Part shown: positions 25,132 through 34,416 of the stretch, piece after piece
Position numbering within the stretch: position 1 is the first letter of the stretch
Layout of the letters: every line of letters begins with the position of its first letter
Assembly: GCA_030428125.1 (NCBI GenBank)
Contig: JAUIBF010000001.1
Span: 78,102-142,101 of the forward strand
Origin: a bacterium
GTDB taxonomy: Bacteria > Patescibacteriota > Saccharimonadia > Saccharimonadales > SZUA-47
Direction of reading: 5' to 3'
DNA length: 64,000 nt
Program-made: the position numbers and the translations under genes
The notes under the pieces: model-generated
What the model was told of the DNA's origin: nothing
What the model saw: only the letters and a program-made list of their open reading frames with translations
Database searches by the model: none

Positions 25132-25781
25132 GCTGTCTCCTTAATGCTTTTATCCAGGGCTTCCAACACTAACTCCGAAATAAACTTATGACCGTCATTG
25201 TTCGGATGTAGACCATCGGGCACAAAATTTTTGCCTGCTTCTAGTTCATGCAGAAACTTATCAAAGATAGGGATAAATAAAAGATCATTCCTATCAGCAA
25301 CTTTTTTCATTACATTTTCATAAGTTTCAATTGATTCGTTAGTATAGTGAAAATTTCCCCAAGACACCGGTGTAGTTCTAGTTTCGTCGCACGCAGAAGA
25401 TCCTACGAAAATTAGCTTGGAACATAACGGTTGAACAGTAGTTATTATTTCTTCTAGATTATCCTCATATTCTTCAATTGGAACTCTGACACTCCTACTT
25501 TCGCCTCCATTATCGGTGGAAGAATCGTTCACACCTATTTGCAGGATAACAATTGGTAGTTTGTCGCCTCTTGTTCTGGCCTGAGTTTCATCTGCGATTC
25601 TGTTCAGGATATTTCTAGAGTTATCTGCAGAAATTCCGAGGTTAAAAACTGTAGGTTCGTTACGATTCTGTAAATCGTCGGTTTGAATCGTGCTGTAATG
25701 ATTCCACAGTCTGTTTACCCATCCACCTTTTGTGTCCCAGTGCCCCTGTGTGACACTGTCTCCAAAAACTAAAATTCTCAT
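25128..25781 (-). CDS. SGNH/GDSL hydrolase
   Basis: Block I ILVFGDSVTQG, block III QIGVNDS, block V DGLHPN. ATGA overlap with the downstream gene. Confidence 0.85.
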   Translation of the reverse strand: MRILVFGDSVTQGHWDTKGGWVNRLWNHYSTIQTDDLQNRNEPTVFNLGISADNSRNILNRIADETQARTRGDKLPIVILQIGVNDSSTDNGGESRSVRVPIEEYEDNLEEIITTVQPLCSKLIFVGSSACDETRTTPVSWGNFHYTNESIETYENVMKKVADRNDLLFIPIFDKFLHELEAGKNFVPDGLHPNNDGHKFISELVLEALDKSIKETA

Positions 25782-25803
25782 AGCACAAGCATAGCAAAAA
25801 GCA

Positions 25804-25842
25804 TTGACTTTTCGTAACTTTTCAGTTAAAATTACCTCTGTT
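25804..25842 (+). promoter_or_regulatory. tRNA-Lys promoter with ACCTCTGTT motif
   Basis: TTGACT (25804-25809), 17 nt, TAAAAT (25827-25832), then T + ACCTCTGTT (25834-25842). Confidence 0.6.
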
Positions 25843-25864
25843 TTTTATATTAAAAAATCTAGTC

Positions 25865-25941
25865 GGGACCATAGCTCAGCCGGTTAGAGCACCTGCCTTT
25901 TAAGCAGGGTGTCCTGGGTTCGAGTCCCAGTGGTCCCTCCA
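25865..25941 (+). tRNA. tRNA-Lys (TTT)
   Basis: Acceptor GGGACCA/TGGTCCC, D arm GCTC/GAGC, anticodon stem CCTGC/GCAGG with loop CTTTTAA, T arm CTGGG-TTCGAGT-CCCAG, encoded CCA. Confidence 0.93.
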
Positions 25942-25945
25942 ATAA

Positions 25946-25971
25946 ATCGTCCTTGAGAAGGCGATTTTTTT
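25946..25971 (+). terminator. Rho-independent terminator after tRNA-Lys
   Basis: ATCGTCCTT-gag-AAGGCGAT stem followed by a T7 run. Confidence 0.75.
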
Positions 25972-26019
25972 AGTTTAAGTTAAAACTGTTAAAATGGGAG
26001 TTAGGTAACAGAGGGAATC

Positions 26020-26721
26020 ATGGCTGGACATAACAAATGGTCAAAAATAAAACGAGGTAAAGCAGTCGCCGACGCACAGCGAGGGGCAGTTTTTACTAAG
26101 ATTGGTAATCAAATTGTCTTGGCTGCACGTTCTGGTGCAGACCCATCAATGAATCCGTCTCTCGCTTTAGCAATCGAAAAAGCCAAAGCAGCTAATATGC
26201 CTAATGCCAATATTGAGCGCTCAATCGCTCGAGTTGCCGATAAAAGCGTAGCACAGCTGCAGGAGGTAGTTTACGAAGGCTATGGTCCTGGTGGCGTAGC
26301 GATAATCGTTGAGTGCGCCACAGATAACATTAACCGTACGTATCCAGAAGTCAGGACAGTATTTACGAAACGAGGTGGTAACATCGCAGAAAAAGGCGCA
26401 GTTGCTTACCAATTCGACAGAAAAGGCGTGATTACAGTAAAGGCGAGTGGTGAAGATGCGCTACTTACAGTTTTGGATGCAGGTGCTGAGGATGCAACTG
26501 AGGACGAAGGCGAAATGCGCGTGATTACAGATGCTAAAGAGCTTGCCAAAGTCCGCGATGCAATAAAAGATGCAGGGCTAGAAATTATAGACGCTGAACT
26601 TTCATTCGAGCCAAACACTACAGTTGAGCTTGACGAAGAAAAGCAGGAAAAAGCCGTAGCAATGCTCGAAGCTTTTGACGAGCTTGATGACGTAGTGAAC
26701 ACCTACACTAATCTGGCATGA
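26020..26721 (+). CDS. yebC: YebC/PmpR-family transcriptional regulator
   Basis: MAGHNKWSKIKRGKA...DAQRG..FTK N-terminus and overall YebC blocks. 233 aa. Confidence 0.93.
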   Translation: MAGHNKWSKIKRGKAVADAQRGAVFTKIGNQIVLAARSGADPSMNPSLALAIEKAKAANMPNANIERSIARVADKSVAQLQEVVYEGYGPGGVAIIVECATDNINRTYPEVRTVFTKRGGNIAEKGAVAYQFDRKGVITVKASGEDALLTVLDAGAEDATEDEGEMRVITDAKELAKVRDAIKDAGLEIIDAELSFEPNTTVELDEEKQEKAVAMLEAFDELDDVVNTYTNLA

Positions 26722-27188
26722 AAATTTTAGGGATTGATCCGGGTTCAGGGATAATCGGTTTTGGGGTAGTTCAAAAGGGCATAAAGCCTAAAATGCTTGA
26801 TGCTGGGGTCATAAAAACTACTATTGGAGATAGTGACTCAGACAGGCTTGTAGAACTGTATGAATCTATGAAAGAATTGATTGAAGAACTGAAGCCTGAC
26901 GTAGCTGCAGTCGAGAAATTATTCTTCGTACAAAACGTGACTACCGGTATGAAAGTCAGCCAGGCACGAGGTGTGATTTTACTTGCAATTGCAGAAGCTG
27001 AAATTCCAATCTATGAATATTCACCAAACGAAATAAAAATGGCCATGACTGGTTATGGGCATTCTAAAAAAGCTCAAATTCAGGAAATGGTAAAAGTTCA
27101 GTTGGGGTTAAAGAAAAAGCCTAGCCCGGATGATGCCGCGGATGCATTGGCTGTTGCTTTAACTCACATGGCGACTTTACACGTTTAA
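26718..27188 (+). CDS. ruvC: Holliday junction resolvase RuvC
   Basis: MKILGIDPGS (catalytic Asp), VEKLFF, ADALAVAL C-terminal block. ATGA overlap with yebC. Confidence 0.92.
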   Translation: MKILGIDPGSGIIGFGVVQKGIKPKMLDAGVIKTTIGDSDSDRLVELYESMKELIEELKPDVAAVEKLFFVQNVTTGMKVSQARGVILLAIAEAEIPIYEYSPNEIKMAMTGYGHSKKAQIQEMVKVQLGLKKKPSPDDAADALAVALTHMATLHV

Positions 27189-27199
27189 AATCGGATTTA

Positions 27200-27220
27200 A
27201 ATCGGAGTTAACTCCGATTT
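27200..27220 (+). terminator. Hairpin after ruvC
   Basis: AATCGGAGT-ta-ACTCCGATT perfect 9-bp stem followed by T. Short T tract only. Confidence 0.55.
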
Positions 27221-27477
27221 AACCTAAAATAACAGATATGATTAGCTATGGACTAGTCGTCAACCAGTTCTACACCTGTTAAGTATAGTGCTGATAAGGT
27301 AAACTATATCTAGATGATTGTGAGCAACCACCTCAACCTCAATTTCCTACTGCAACAGCTTTTTGATGTGATCTTTATCGCTTTTGCTCCTCGACGTATT
27401 TACGAATATGCCTCGTCACAAAAAACGACAAACCTCACTACCAAAAATACTGTTTCGCAAACAGAAATGAGGTCGAA

Positions 27478-28053
27478 GTGATTGCCAGACTAAGAGGGGA
27501 AATAATCGAACACGACAACGCGCAAGTTGTTGTTGACTGCAATGGCGTTGGATATGGAGTGAATGTCTGTGTTGATGAGCAATCAAAACTTGCAACTGGA
27601 ACATCGTGTGATCTATTTATTGCTGAGCAGATTAAAGAAGATGCGCATGAGCTATTCGGTTTTAGTACAAAATCACGAAAAATGCTATTTAATTTATTGA
27701 TAAGTGTGAATGGAGTTGGACCGAAAGCAGCCATGGCCATTCTGAATATTGGAACAGAAGGTCAGGTGAGAAGTGCAATCGCTAGTGGAGACACTAAGTT
27801 TATATCGGCCGCAAAAGGTGTAGGCAAAAAGGTAGCAGAACGTGCTGTAGTAGATTTGAAAAATAAGGTCGGTATCGAGGCTAGTGACAGCGCAACAGAT
27901 TTCTTAGGTGATGCATCGACAACTGACGAGGCTGTTGAAGCATTGACTGCACTAGGTCATAGCCCTCAAGATGCAGCATTATTACTGCGTGGCATAGACC
28001 CTAAATTACCTACCGGTGAACGAGTAAAACAAGCTTTGAGAGGAACAAAATGA
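27478..28053 (+). CDS. ruvA: Holliday junction helicase subunit RuvA
   Basis: GTG start (MIARLRGEI) with GAGGT SD. Two HhH motifs (VNGVGPKAAMAIL; AKGVGKKVAERAVV). C-terminal domain III. Confidence 0.92.
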   Translation: MIARLRGEIIEHDNAQVVVDCNGVGYGVNVCVDEQSKLATGTSCDLFIAEQIKEDAHELFGFSTKSRKMLFNLLISVNGVGPKAAMAILNIGTEGQVRSAIASGDTKFISAAKGVGKKVAERAVVDLKNKVGIEASDSATDFLGDASTTDEAVEALTALGHSPQDAALLLRGIDPKLPTGERVKQALRGTK

Positions 28054-28415
28054 CTCCGTTCGAAATATGGAGAGACCCAAAGACTAGAGTAATCTTTTAT
28101 TTTAGTCACAGTGATGAAAATTTAACGACTGGTGTTATGGAGATTCCTCCTGAAACTGAGTTGCCAAAACACAATAGACCGATGGCTTATGAAAACCTCG
28201 TACAAATATCCGGTAAATGCAACATGAAAGTTTTTGCAGAAGAAAAAGTTTCCGAGAAAGTATTGAAAGTCGGTGATAAGCTACGCATGGAAAAAGGTCA
28301 ATTTCATATTCACTCTAATCCCTTTAAAGAGACTTCATACACATTATTCAAGGCAGAGGGGGATATAACTGAAATTATGGCAATCTTGCGTGAAAACTTC
28401 GAAAGGATTGGATAG
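28050..28415 (+). CDS. Small cupin-like protein (tentative)
   Basis: 121 aa. ELPKHNRP...LVQISGKCNMKV...GQFHIHSNP is a pattern compatible with a cupin barrel. ATGA overlap with ruvA. Confidence 0.4.
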   Translation: MTPFEIWRDPKTRVIFYFSHSDENLTTGVMEIPPETELPKHNRPMAYENLVQISGKCNMKVFAEEKVSEKVLKVGDKLRMEKGQFHIHSNPFKETSYTLFKAEGDITEIMAILRENFERIG

Positions 28416-29078
28416 ATGATAGTTATTACTGGTGCGAGTGATGGTCTAGGGTTACAGTTAGCTAAGCTGTATAAGGAATCTGGTAAAAAAGTTATAAACA
28501 TATCACGTCGCCAATGTGAGTTTGCAGATACGAATATTAATTGCGACCTCACAAAACACGAGGATATTAAGAAAGCAGCGGAACAGATAAATAATTCCAA
28601 CGATAAAATTGAGGCATTAATAAACTGCGCTGGAATATTGTCAGTCCAGAAACTAGAAGATATAGACGATGATGAGCTGCACAGGTTACTAGTGACGAAT
28701 GTAGAAGGTATGATCTTGCTAACATCAAAACTCGCAACAAAAATCAAGGAAGACGAAGCAGATATATTGAATGTATCATCTACGGTAGGTACGAAGGCAT
28801 ATGCTGACCAGGCTGGATATGGTGCTTCAAAGTGGGCCGTTAGAGGGTTCAGCGCAAACTTACAAGTTGAATTCAAGGATACACCCACAAGAGTAATCAG
28901 TTTTTGTCCTGGCGGATTCGAATCCAAAATTTTTGAAAAAGCTACAGGTGAGAAAAATGGAGACTTTAGTCACTGGATGAAACCCGAAGATCTAGCGAAA
29001 TTCGTAAAAAGTATATTGGACCTACCTAAAAATATGGAAGTTTCAGAAATAGTCGTGAACAGAAAGAGTATTATGTAA
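28416..29078 (+). CDS. Short-chain dehydrogenase/reductase (SDR)
   Basis: Cofactor motif VITGASDGLG, NCAG, catalytic YGASKWAV. 220 aa. Confidence 0.85.
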   Translation: MIVITGASDGLGLQLAKLYKESGKKVINISRRQCEFADTNINCDLTKHEDIKKAAEQINNSNDKIEALINCAGILSVQKLEDIDDDELHRLLVTNVEGMILLTSKLATKIKEDEADILNVSSTVGTKAYADQAGYGASKWAVRGFSANLQVEFKDTPTRVISFCPGGFESKIFEKATGEKNGDFSHWMKPEDLAKFVKSILDLPKNMEVSEIVVNRKSIM

Positions 29079-29491
29079 TGAGAATTGGCGTCGCAGGTAG
29101 CATGCAATTTACAGAAGAAATGATGAAGGTGTGTGAAGAACTCGAAAAAATGGGCCACACCACATTTATGAGCAAGTTTAAAGATGCATATATAGGCAAG
29201 TCAGACGAAGAAAAAGAGGTCCAGAAGCTGAAAGATAAATACAACAATGATGCAATAAGAGAGTTTTGGGAGCCGATGCAGGATGCAGATGCTCTAGTGG
29301 TAGTGAATCTCGACAAACACGGAATAAAAAATTATATTGGCGGAAATGTCTTTTTAGAAATGGGCTTTGCTCACGTACTCAACCAGAAACTATTTTTGCT
29401 GAACCCGATTCCAGATATGCCATATTATGGTACTGAGATAATTGCGATGGACCCCATTGTGCTTAATGGAAGTCTGGAGGGTGTAAAATAA
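29078..29491 (+). CDS. Nucleoside 2-deoxyribosyltransferase-like Rossmann protein (tentative)
   Basis: MRIGVAGS..., ADALVVVN....G...[27 protein letters not shown] resembles the NDT-like superfamily core. 137 aa, tightly coupled to its neighbours. Confidence 0.4.
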   Translation: MRIGVAGSMQFTEEMMKVCEELEKMGHTTFMSKFKDAYIGKSDEEKEVQKLKDKYNNDAIREFWEPMQDADALVVVNLDKHGIKNYIGGNVFLEMGFAHVLNQKLFLLNPIPDMPYYGTEIIAMDPIVLNGSLEGVK

Positions 29492-30546
29492 TGGCGATTG
29501 AGAGAATTGTTGACCCAAGTCAAGACGAAGATGAGAATCTGCCAGAAGAGCAGAAAATTGAGAACGTACTTCGTCCAAAATCTTTTGATGAGTACGTCGG
29601 GCAAGATAGAATCAAGAAAAACTTGGTAGTGGCGATTGAAGCAGCAAAAAAACGAGATGAACCGATTGACCACGTTTTGCTTTACGGTCCACCTGGACTT
29701 GGGAAGACTACTCTAGCGCAAATTATTGCTAATGAGATGGGCGCACAGATACGCGTTACGTCTGGACCCGCTATTGACCGGGCTGCAGACCTTGCAAGTA
29801 TCCTAACAAATCTAGGTGAAGGAGATGTTTTATTCATTGATGAAATCCATAGATTGAATCGTTCAGTTGAGGAAGTTCTTTATTCTGCCATGGAAGATTA
29901 CGCTATCGACATAATGTTAGGCAAAGGGCCTAGCGCACGCAGTTTAAGACTAGATGTACCAAAGTTTACGCTAATCGGCGCAACCACACGAACAGGAGCG
30001 CTAGCAGCACCGTTGCGCGATAGGTTTGGCATGCTCCACAGGCTGGAATACTACACGCCAGAGGAAATATCGCAGATTGTAAAACGCTCAGCTAAACTTT
30101 TAGATTCAGACCTGCATGACGAAGCAGCCGATTTATTGTCTTCTCGTTCACGGCTGACGCCACGAATTGCAAATAGACTCCTAAAACGTGTTCGTGATTA
30201 TGCAGACGTAAATGGTGACGGAATTATTGATACCGTCAGTACTACAAAAGCCCTAGAGCTTTTGGATATAGATGCAGAGGGCCTAGACCCAGCAGATAGG
30301 ATGCTACTGAGAGCAATAATTGAAAATCATGGTGGTGGGCCGGTGGGCTTGAATACCTTAGCGGCAGTTTTAGGAGATGAGGTAAGTACCGTTGAAGACT
30401 TCTATGAACCGTATCTAATGCAGATCGGTTTTCTAGAGCGTACCCCTAGAGGCAGAAAAGCAACATCAAAAGCCTACAAGCACATGGATATTAAACGCTC
30501 GAAAGGTGATGAATCTGACAGCTCACCTCAAACTTCTCTGATATAA
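29491..30546 (+). CDS. ruvB: Holliday junction helicase RuvB
   Basis: Walker [12 protein letters not shown], Walker [10 protein letters not shown], sensor and Arg-finger blocks, C-terminal winged helix. Confidence 0.97.
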   Translation: MAIERIVDPSQDEDENLPEEQKIENVLRPKSFDEYVGQDRIKKNLVVAIEAAKKRDEPIDHVLLYGPPGLGKTTLAQIIANEMGAQIRVTSGPAIDRAADLASILTNLGEGDVLFIDEIHRLNRSVEEVLYSAMEDYAIDIMLGKGPSARSLRLDVPKFTLIGATTRTGALAAPLRDRFGMLHRLEYYTPEEISQIVKRSAKLLDSDLHDEAADLLSSRSRLTPRIANRLLKRVRDYADVNGDGIIDTVSTTKALELLDIDAEGLDPADRMLLRAIIENHGGGPVGLNTLAAVLGDEVSTVEDFYEPYLMQIGFLERTPRGRKATSKAYKHMDIKRSKGDESDSSPQTSLI

Positions 30547-30556
30547 TCTAGGGTAG

Positions 30557-31144
30557 ATGCACCAAAGAGACACAAATCCATATGGCAATACCATAGACAC
30601 AACTGATTCTGACGAAAATAAGCTGTGTGAAATTGCCAAACATCCATTTGGGATCATAGTATTTTACATACAGGCATTCGTAGGTGTATTTATTGCGCTT
30701 TGTTTAACCTTCTTTCTGTTGCCGTCTATTATTGAAGACACCGAGGAAGCTTTTACGATTGCGATTATTGTCTCTCTAGTTACCATAGTGCTTGCTGCTT
30801 TAATGGTTTTTGTTGCTACAACCATCTATCGTCAAAATAGACTAATAGTAACCGACAGAAACATCACACAGATATTGCAGTATGGTTTGTTTAATCGGAA
30901 AGTGTCACAGTTAAACTTGGTGAATGTAGAAGACGTAACATCTGTACACAACGGTGTTTTTGCGAACATATTTGGCTATGGAATATTGAAGATTGAGACA
31001 GCAGGAGAACAAGCAAACTTCCACTTTACGTATTGTCCGAGAGCAGGATATTACGCCAAAGTAATCCTAAATGCACGTGAGAAAATCCTAGGTCAGCACG
31101 ATGGCGACCACTCGGTGACACCAGGGCCAACTACCACTAGATAG
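30557..31144 (+). CDS. Membrane protein with bacterial PH (bPH_2/YdbT-like) domain
   Basis: Two TM helices, then ...LIVTDRNITQILQYGLFNRKVSQLNLVNVEDV...FGYGILKIETAG, typical of bPH_2/DUF304. Confidence 0.6.
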   Translation: MHQRDTNPYGNTIDTTDSDENKLCEIAKHPFGIIVFYIQAFVGVFIALCLTFFLLPSIIEDTEEAFTIAIIVSLVTIVLAALMVFVATTIYRQNRLIVTDRNITQILQYGLFNRKVSQLNLVNVEDVTSVHNGVFANIFGYGILKIETAGEQANFHFTYCPRAGYYAKVILNAREKILGQHDGDHSVTPGPTTTR

Positions 31145-31146
31145 AA

Positions 31147-31449
31147 TTATTCTGAGAATGGGTCGGTTCGACCAGGGACGAAATTAGAATCAACATCGAT
31201 GTTTTCGTCTTCAAGGGTAGCGCTTATTTCATCTACTAATTCCTGGTCTATAGTGGCGTAGTTGACTTTTATAATCTCTTCGCTATATTTGTCTTCATTT
31301 CTTTCTGGGTTTAGATAAGTTCTGGATTGAATCAGAGTGTATATCAATATGCAGCTGGCTACTACCAACACTATAAATACCTGATTTTTGTTAATTATTG
31401 CCAAGTATTTGCCCAGGCTGTTTTTTGCTGAATCTAATTGTTCATTCAT
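31147..31449 (-). CDS. Small single-TM protein at the distal end of the pilus operon
   Basis: 100 aa. TM helix VFIVLVVASCILIYTLI. ATGA overlap with the upstream pilO-like gene. Confidence 0.5.
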   Translation of the reverse strand: MNEQLDSAKNSLGKYLAIINKNQVFIVLVVASCILIYTLIQSRTYLNPERNEDKYSEEIIKVNYATIDQELVDEISATLEDENIDVDSNFVPGRTDPFSE

Positions 31450-32018
31450 GGCTTTAAGTACGCTTTCATTGATAATTGCACATTTACATTGGAGGTAGCT
31501 GCTTCAGGTGATATACCAACATTGTCCACTTGAATTATTCTACCGTTAGTTTCAATTTCTCTCAGCAACTGAAGAAGTGTTTCGTATGAAATGTTATTAA
31601 TATTTACATTGAATGGATATTCGTATACACCAGTAATTCCTTTGACTTGTGTTGTGCCTGATAGAGCACCAGGTTCATCACCACCGTTGAAGGAAAATGA
31701 AGCAACTTGTGAAAACGGTATGCCGGCTTCTGCAGTCGCAGTATAAATTATGTCAGCTATAAGTTTGTCCTGCTCTTTTTCCTTAGGGAGCAGTCGGTCT
31801 AATACAGCAACCACTTCGTCTACATTCTCTGCGTCAGACTGCGCTTTTTTGAGCTTTAGAATTGCTTCTTCAGAGACATCTCTTTCTGCTTTAAGGTCTG
31901 ATACTGTCATTGCTTTCTCTTCGGATTTACCACTGCCCCAGGTATATGCTCCAGCAACTCCGACAAAAGACAAAACAAGTAGTAGAAGTAGTACGAGGAA
32001 GAATTTTTTTGCAGTCAT
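31446..32018 (-). CDS. PilO-like type IV pilus alignment protein
   Basis: N-terminal TM, coiled-coil, C-terminal ferredoxin-like region. Its position after pilM-pilN and start/stop overlap with pilN support the call. Confidence 0.55.
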   Translation of the reverse strand: MTAKKFFLVLLLLLVLSFVGVAGAYTWGSGKSEEKAMTVSDLKAERDVSEEAILKLKKAQSDAENVDEVVAVLDRLLPKEKEQDKLIADIIYTATAEAGIPFSQVASFSFNGGDEPGALSGTTQVKGITGVYEYPFNVNINNISYETLLQLLREIETNGRIIQVDNVGISPEAATSNVNVQLSMKAYLKP

Positions 32019-32641
32019 TATTCTTGCTCCTCCTCACTTTGTTTTTTAGCTTCTGCTGCAGCGGCAGCTGCGGCTGCAGCCTTACGTTTTGCTTCGGCAG
32101 AGCCTGTAAAACTAACTGCAACGGAAGCAGCATATCTATATCGTGACTCGTCATTGCCGGCTGGAGTAATGCTTATAACATCAGCAGCCTCGAACAAATC
32201 CGACTCGACTAAATTCTTTTGCAGCACAGCCGATAAATTAGCCGTCGTCAGACTGACATTTAGCTGCAGAGGGTCAGTGCTGCCACCCGTTAGTAGCAAT
32301 CCGTCTATTATCGAACCGGCGGGCAAGACACTGCCTATTTCAGGAATAATTTCCGAGAATTGTATGCTTTGTTCAAATAGTTTTTGAGTAGAACTTAAGC
32401 GTCCTGCTACTTCACCTAGGTCGCTAGTTTGAGATTCTAGGTTTTTTACAATCACACTGTTCTCATCTATAGAGTTTTGTACAGAGGCAGCTTCTTCATC
32501 AATATACTTTAAATTGAATAACATAATTCCAGCCACCGCCATTGCGGTACCTGCAACCAAAACGATTAACGCTAAAAGTTTCTTGTTTCGTCTACCAAAG
32601 GAGTATTCTTCACGGATATTATTAGGCAGTAAATTTATCAT
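32018..32641 (-). CDS. pilN: PilN-like type IV pilus protein
   Basis: MINLLP N-terminus (PilM-binding motif), single TM, coiled coil. Unusual Ala9 / KE-rich C-terminal tail. Confidence 0.75.
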   Translation of the reverse strand: MINLLPNNIREEYSFGRRNKKLLALIVLVAGTAMAVAGIMLFNLKYIDEEAASVQNSIDENSVIVKNLESQTSDLGEVAGRLSSTQKLFEQSIQFSEIIPEIGSVLPAGSIIDGLLLTGGSTDPLQLNVSLTTANLSAVLQKNLVESDLFEAADVISITPAGNDESRYRYAASVAVSFTGSAEAKRKAAAAAAAAAEAKKQSEEEQE

Positions 32642-33702
32642 TCGGCGAGCTCCTTTTGCGTAACAAGAGCTAAACCACTCGCAGTTGTATAAAGAGTTGT
32701 CTCCAGTTCATGTGGAGGCTGTAGTTTGCCGAAACTTAAATTATTCCAGGGTGCACACAGTCTAGTAGGAACTCTGATCTTATTAGTTATATAGCTGGAA
32801 AGACCAGGGAGATTTGCTCCACCACCAAGGATAATTATTTGACCTATTGGGCTAGACCCACTTGTTCTATCGGTAAAGTAACGCATAACTTTGCGAATTT
32901 CGCTGATTAGTTTGTTTAGCTCTTTTTCTGAAGCTTTTACAATTTGGTCTTGTTTTTTACTAACCTCCAGCCCGTACCTAGCCTTAATGCTATGAGCTTG
33001 CTGCACGCTTATTCCCAACGTATCTGCAATATTCTGGGTAAGCCTCTCGCTAGAACAGTCAACTGTACCTGTAGCTCTTATCGCTGATCCGTCGTAAATC
33101 GAAATATCACATGCTGTCGAACCTATATCAACAATAAGCGTGGTGACATCGTGAGCTTCAGAATGGATGACCACCCTAGTCATGGCAGATATGTTAGATT
33201 CGACGAGCGCTATCTCTAAACCAAGTGCATCGAAGACGCCAATATAAGAATCTACGATTGTACGGGGTGTTGCAACAACCTGAACTTCTCGATTGCCATC
33301 ATCTAATATTCGGGCAACGCTGTAATCGTAATAAAGTTCATTAGTTGCTAGTGGGATAGATTGGTCTACCTCTGAATCTACGGCTGCTTTTAGATCTTTA
33401 TCATCCATCTTCGGGAGAGTTAATACTCGGCTAAAGCTGTTTGCGTTTGGTAGAGAGACAGCTACTCTTCTAGTAGTAATATCTCCTACTAGTTTTTGAG
33501 ATAGTAGTTCATGAGCCACTTTAATTAGTACCTCTGGGTCAACTACTACACCCTGGTTATCGATTGCAGAATTATCAAAAGTAGCTGCACCGTAGCCAGT
33601 TACTTTTGCTTTTTTGCCGGTTTGATCAATCTGCATAACTTTTATTGAGCTACGTCCGATGTCGAAACCGAATACCGGTTTGTCTGTGTAAAATAACGCC
33701 AT
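32638..33702 (-). CDS. pilM: PilM, actin-like type IV pilus assembly ATPase
   Basis: FGFDIGRSSIKVMQ (phosphate-1), VDIGSTACDISI, IILGGGANLPGL blocks of the PilM/FtsA-like fold. Confidence 0.88.
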   Translation of the reverse strand: MALFYTDKPVFGFDIGRSSIKVMQIDQTGKKAKVTGYGAATFDNSAIDNQGVVVDPEVLIKVAHELLSQKLVGDITTRRVAVSLPNANSFSRVLTLPKMDDKDLKAAVDSEVDQSIPLATNELYYDYSVARILDDGNREVQVVATPRTIVDSYIGVFDALGLEIALVESNISAMTRVVIHSEAHDVTTLIVDIGSTACDISIYDGSAIRATGTVDCSSERLTQNIADTLGISVQQAHSIKARYGLEVSKKQDQIVKASEKELNKLISEIRKVMRYFTDRTSGSSPIGQIIILGGGANLPGLSSYITNKIRVPTRLCAPWNNLSFGKLQPPHELETTLYTTASGLALVTQKELAE

Positions 33703-33775
33703 AATTTAAGCTTAAGCTTTATGAATATTATATCTCACTTACTCTTATAATCCGAGTTAAATCTCTTATTAAACT

Positions 33776-33809
33776 AAGACGCCCGGTTTTTTTAAGTTCC
33801 GGGCGTCTT
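33776..33809 (-). terminator. Strong hairpin between pilA and pilM
   Basis: AAGACGCCCGG (33776-33786) / CCGGGCGTCTT (33799-33809), an 11-bp perfect stem with an A/T-only 12-nt loop. Located 22 nt after the pilA stop. Confidence 0.65.
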
Positions 33810-33830
33810 TTTGGCTAACTTTCTTAGTCC

Positions 33831-34301
33831 TTAGTTAAGGCCTGATTTTCGATAACCGTCCGTCTCTTGCTCTAGATAGCTAGCAAGGTAGTAGTGTGCA
33901 CATGCACCTGTTGCATCAGATGTAGCTGACGTACATTCCCATGCAGCGTATAGGTACTCGTTTGTGTTGCCAGGTAGCGTAGGTTCACCTGGATCTACAG
34001 TAGCTGTGCTAAATGAATTCTGGATATCAGCTTCATCAGCGTCTTGAAGCGCTCCTTCGTCGATACCAGGTAGAATCGCGTCAGTTAGATCCGCGTTTGG
34101 ATAACTTCCGTTTTCGTTATAGTACTCTTCTAGTTTTTGGTATACAGAGTTAATGTCGCTTTTACGTGTTGTATCACGACCTTTCGCCTGTGCACCTTGG
34201 AAGTTAGTCAAAACTAACGTAGCCAAAATACCGATAATTGCGATTACGATCAAAAGCTCGATAATCGTAAAACCGGATTGTTTTCTTAATTGATTGAGCA
34301 T
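33831..34301 (-). CDS. pilA: Type IV pilin (major pilin candidate)
   Basis: Class III signal MLNQLRKQSG/FTIIELLIVIAIIGILA. C-terminal Cys pair (WECTSATSDATGAC). Very strong SD AGGAGGTG. Confidence 0.92.
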   Translation of the reverse strand: MLNQLRKQSGFTIIELLIVIAIIGILATLVLTNFQGAQAKGRDTTRKSDINSVYQKLEEYYNENGSYPNADLTDAILPGIDEGALQDADEADIQNSFSTATVDPGEPTLPGNTNEYLYAAWECTSATSDATGACAHYYLASYLEQETDGYRKSGLN

Positions 34302-34366
34302 TGGAGCCCACCTCCTGTTTATTAATTTTTACAAGGTAAGCCTACTTTTTCGGGCTTATGCTTAAA

Positions 34367-34397
34367 AGTATCTTATGCTTAACGACTGATGTCAACC
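34367..34397 (-). promoter_or_regulatory. pilA promoter with two 11-nt direct repeats
   Basis: Minus strand: TTGACA (34395-34390), 17 nt, GATACT (34372-34367). The direct repeat TTAAGCATAAG occurs once in the spacer and once just downstream of the -10. Confidence 0.55.
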
Positions 34398-34416
34398 CTA
34401 AAGTATAAAATTTATC

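Noticed and set aside
27314-27481. 55-aa ORF in the ruvC-ruvA gap whose stop overlaps the ruvA GTG (GTGA)
   Set aside because: It has no SD, an odd composition and no motif. The gap is more simply a promoter or leader region containing small hairpins. It is kept only as a low-probability sORF.
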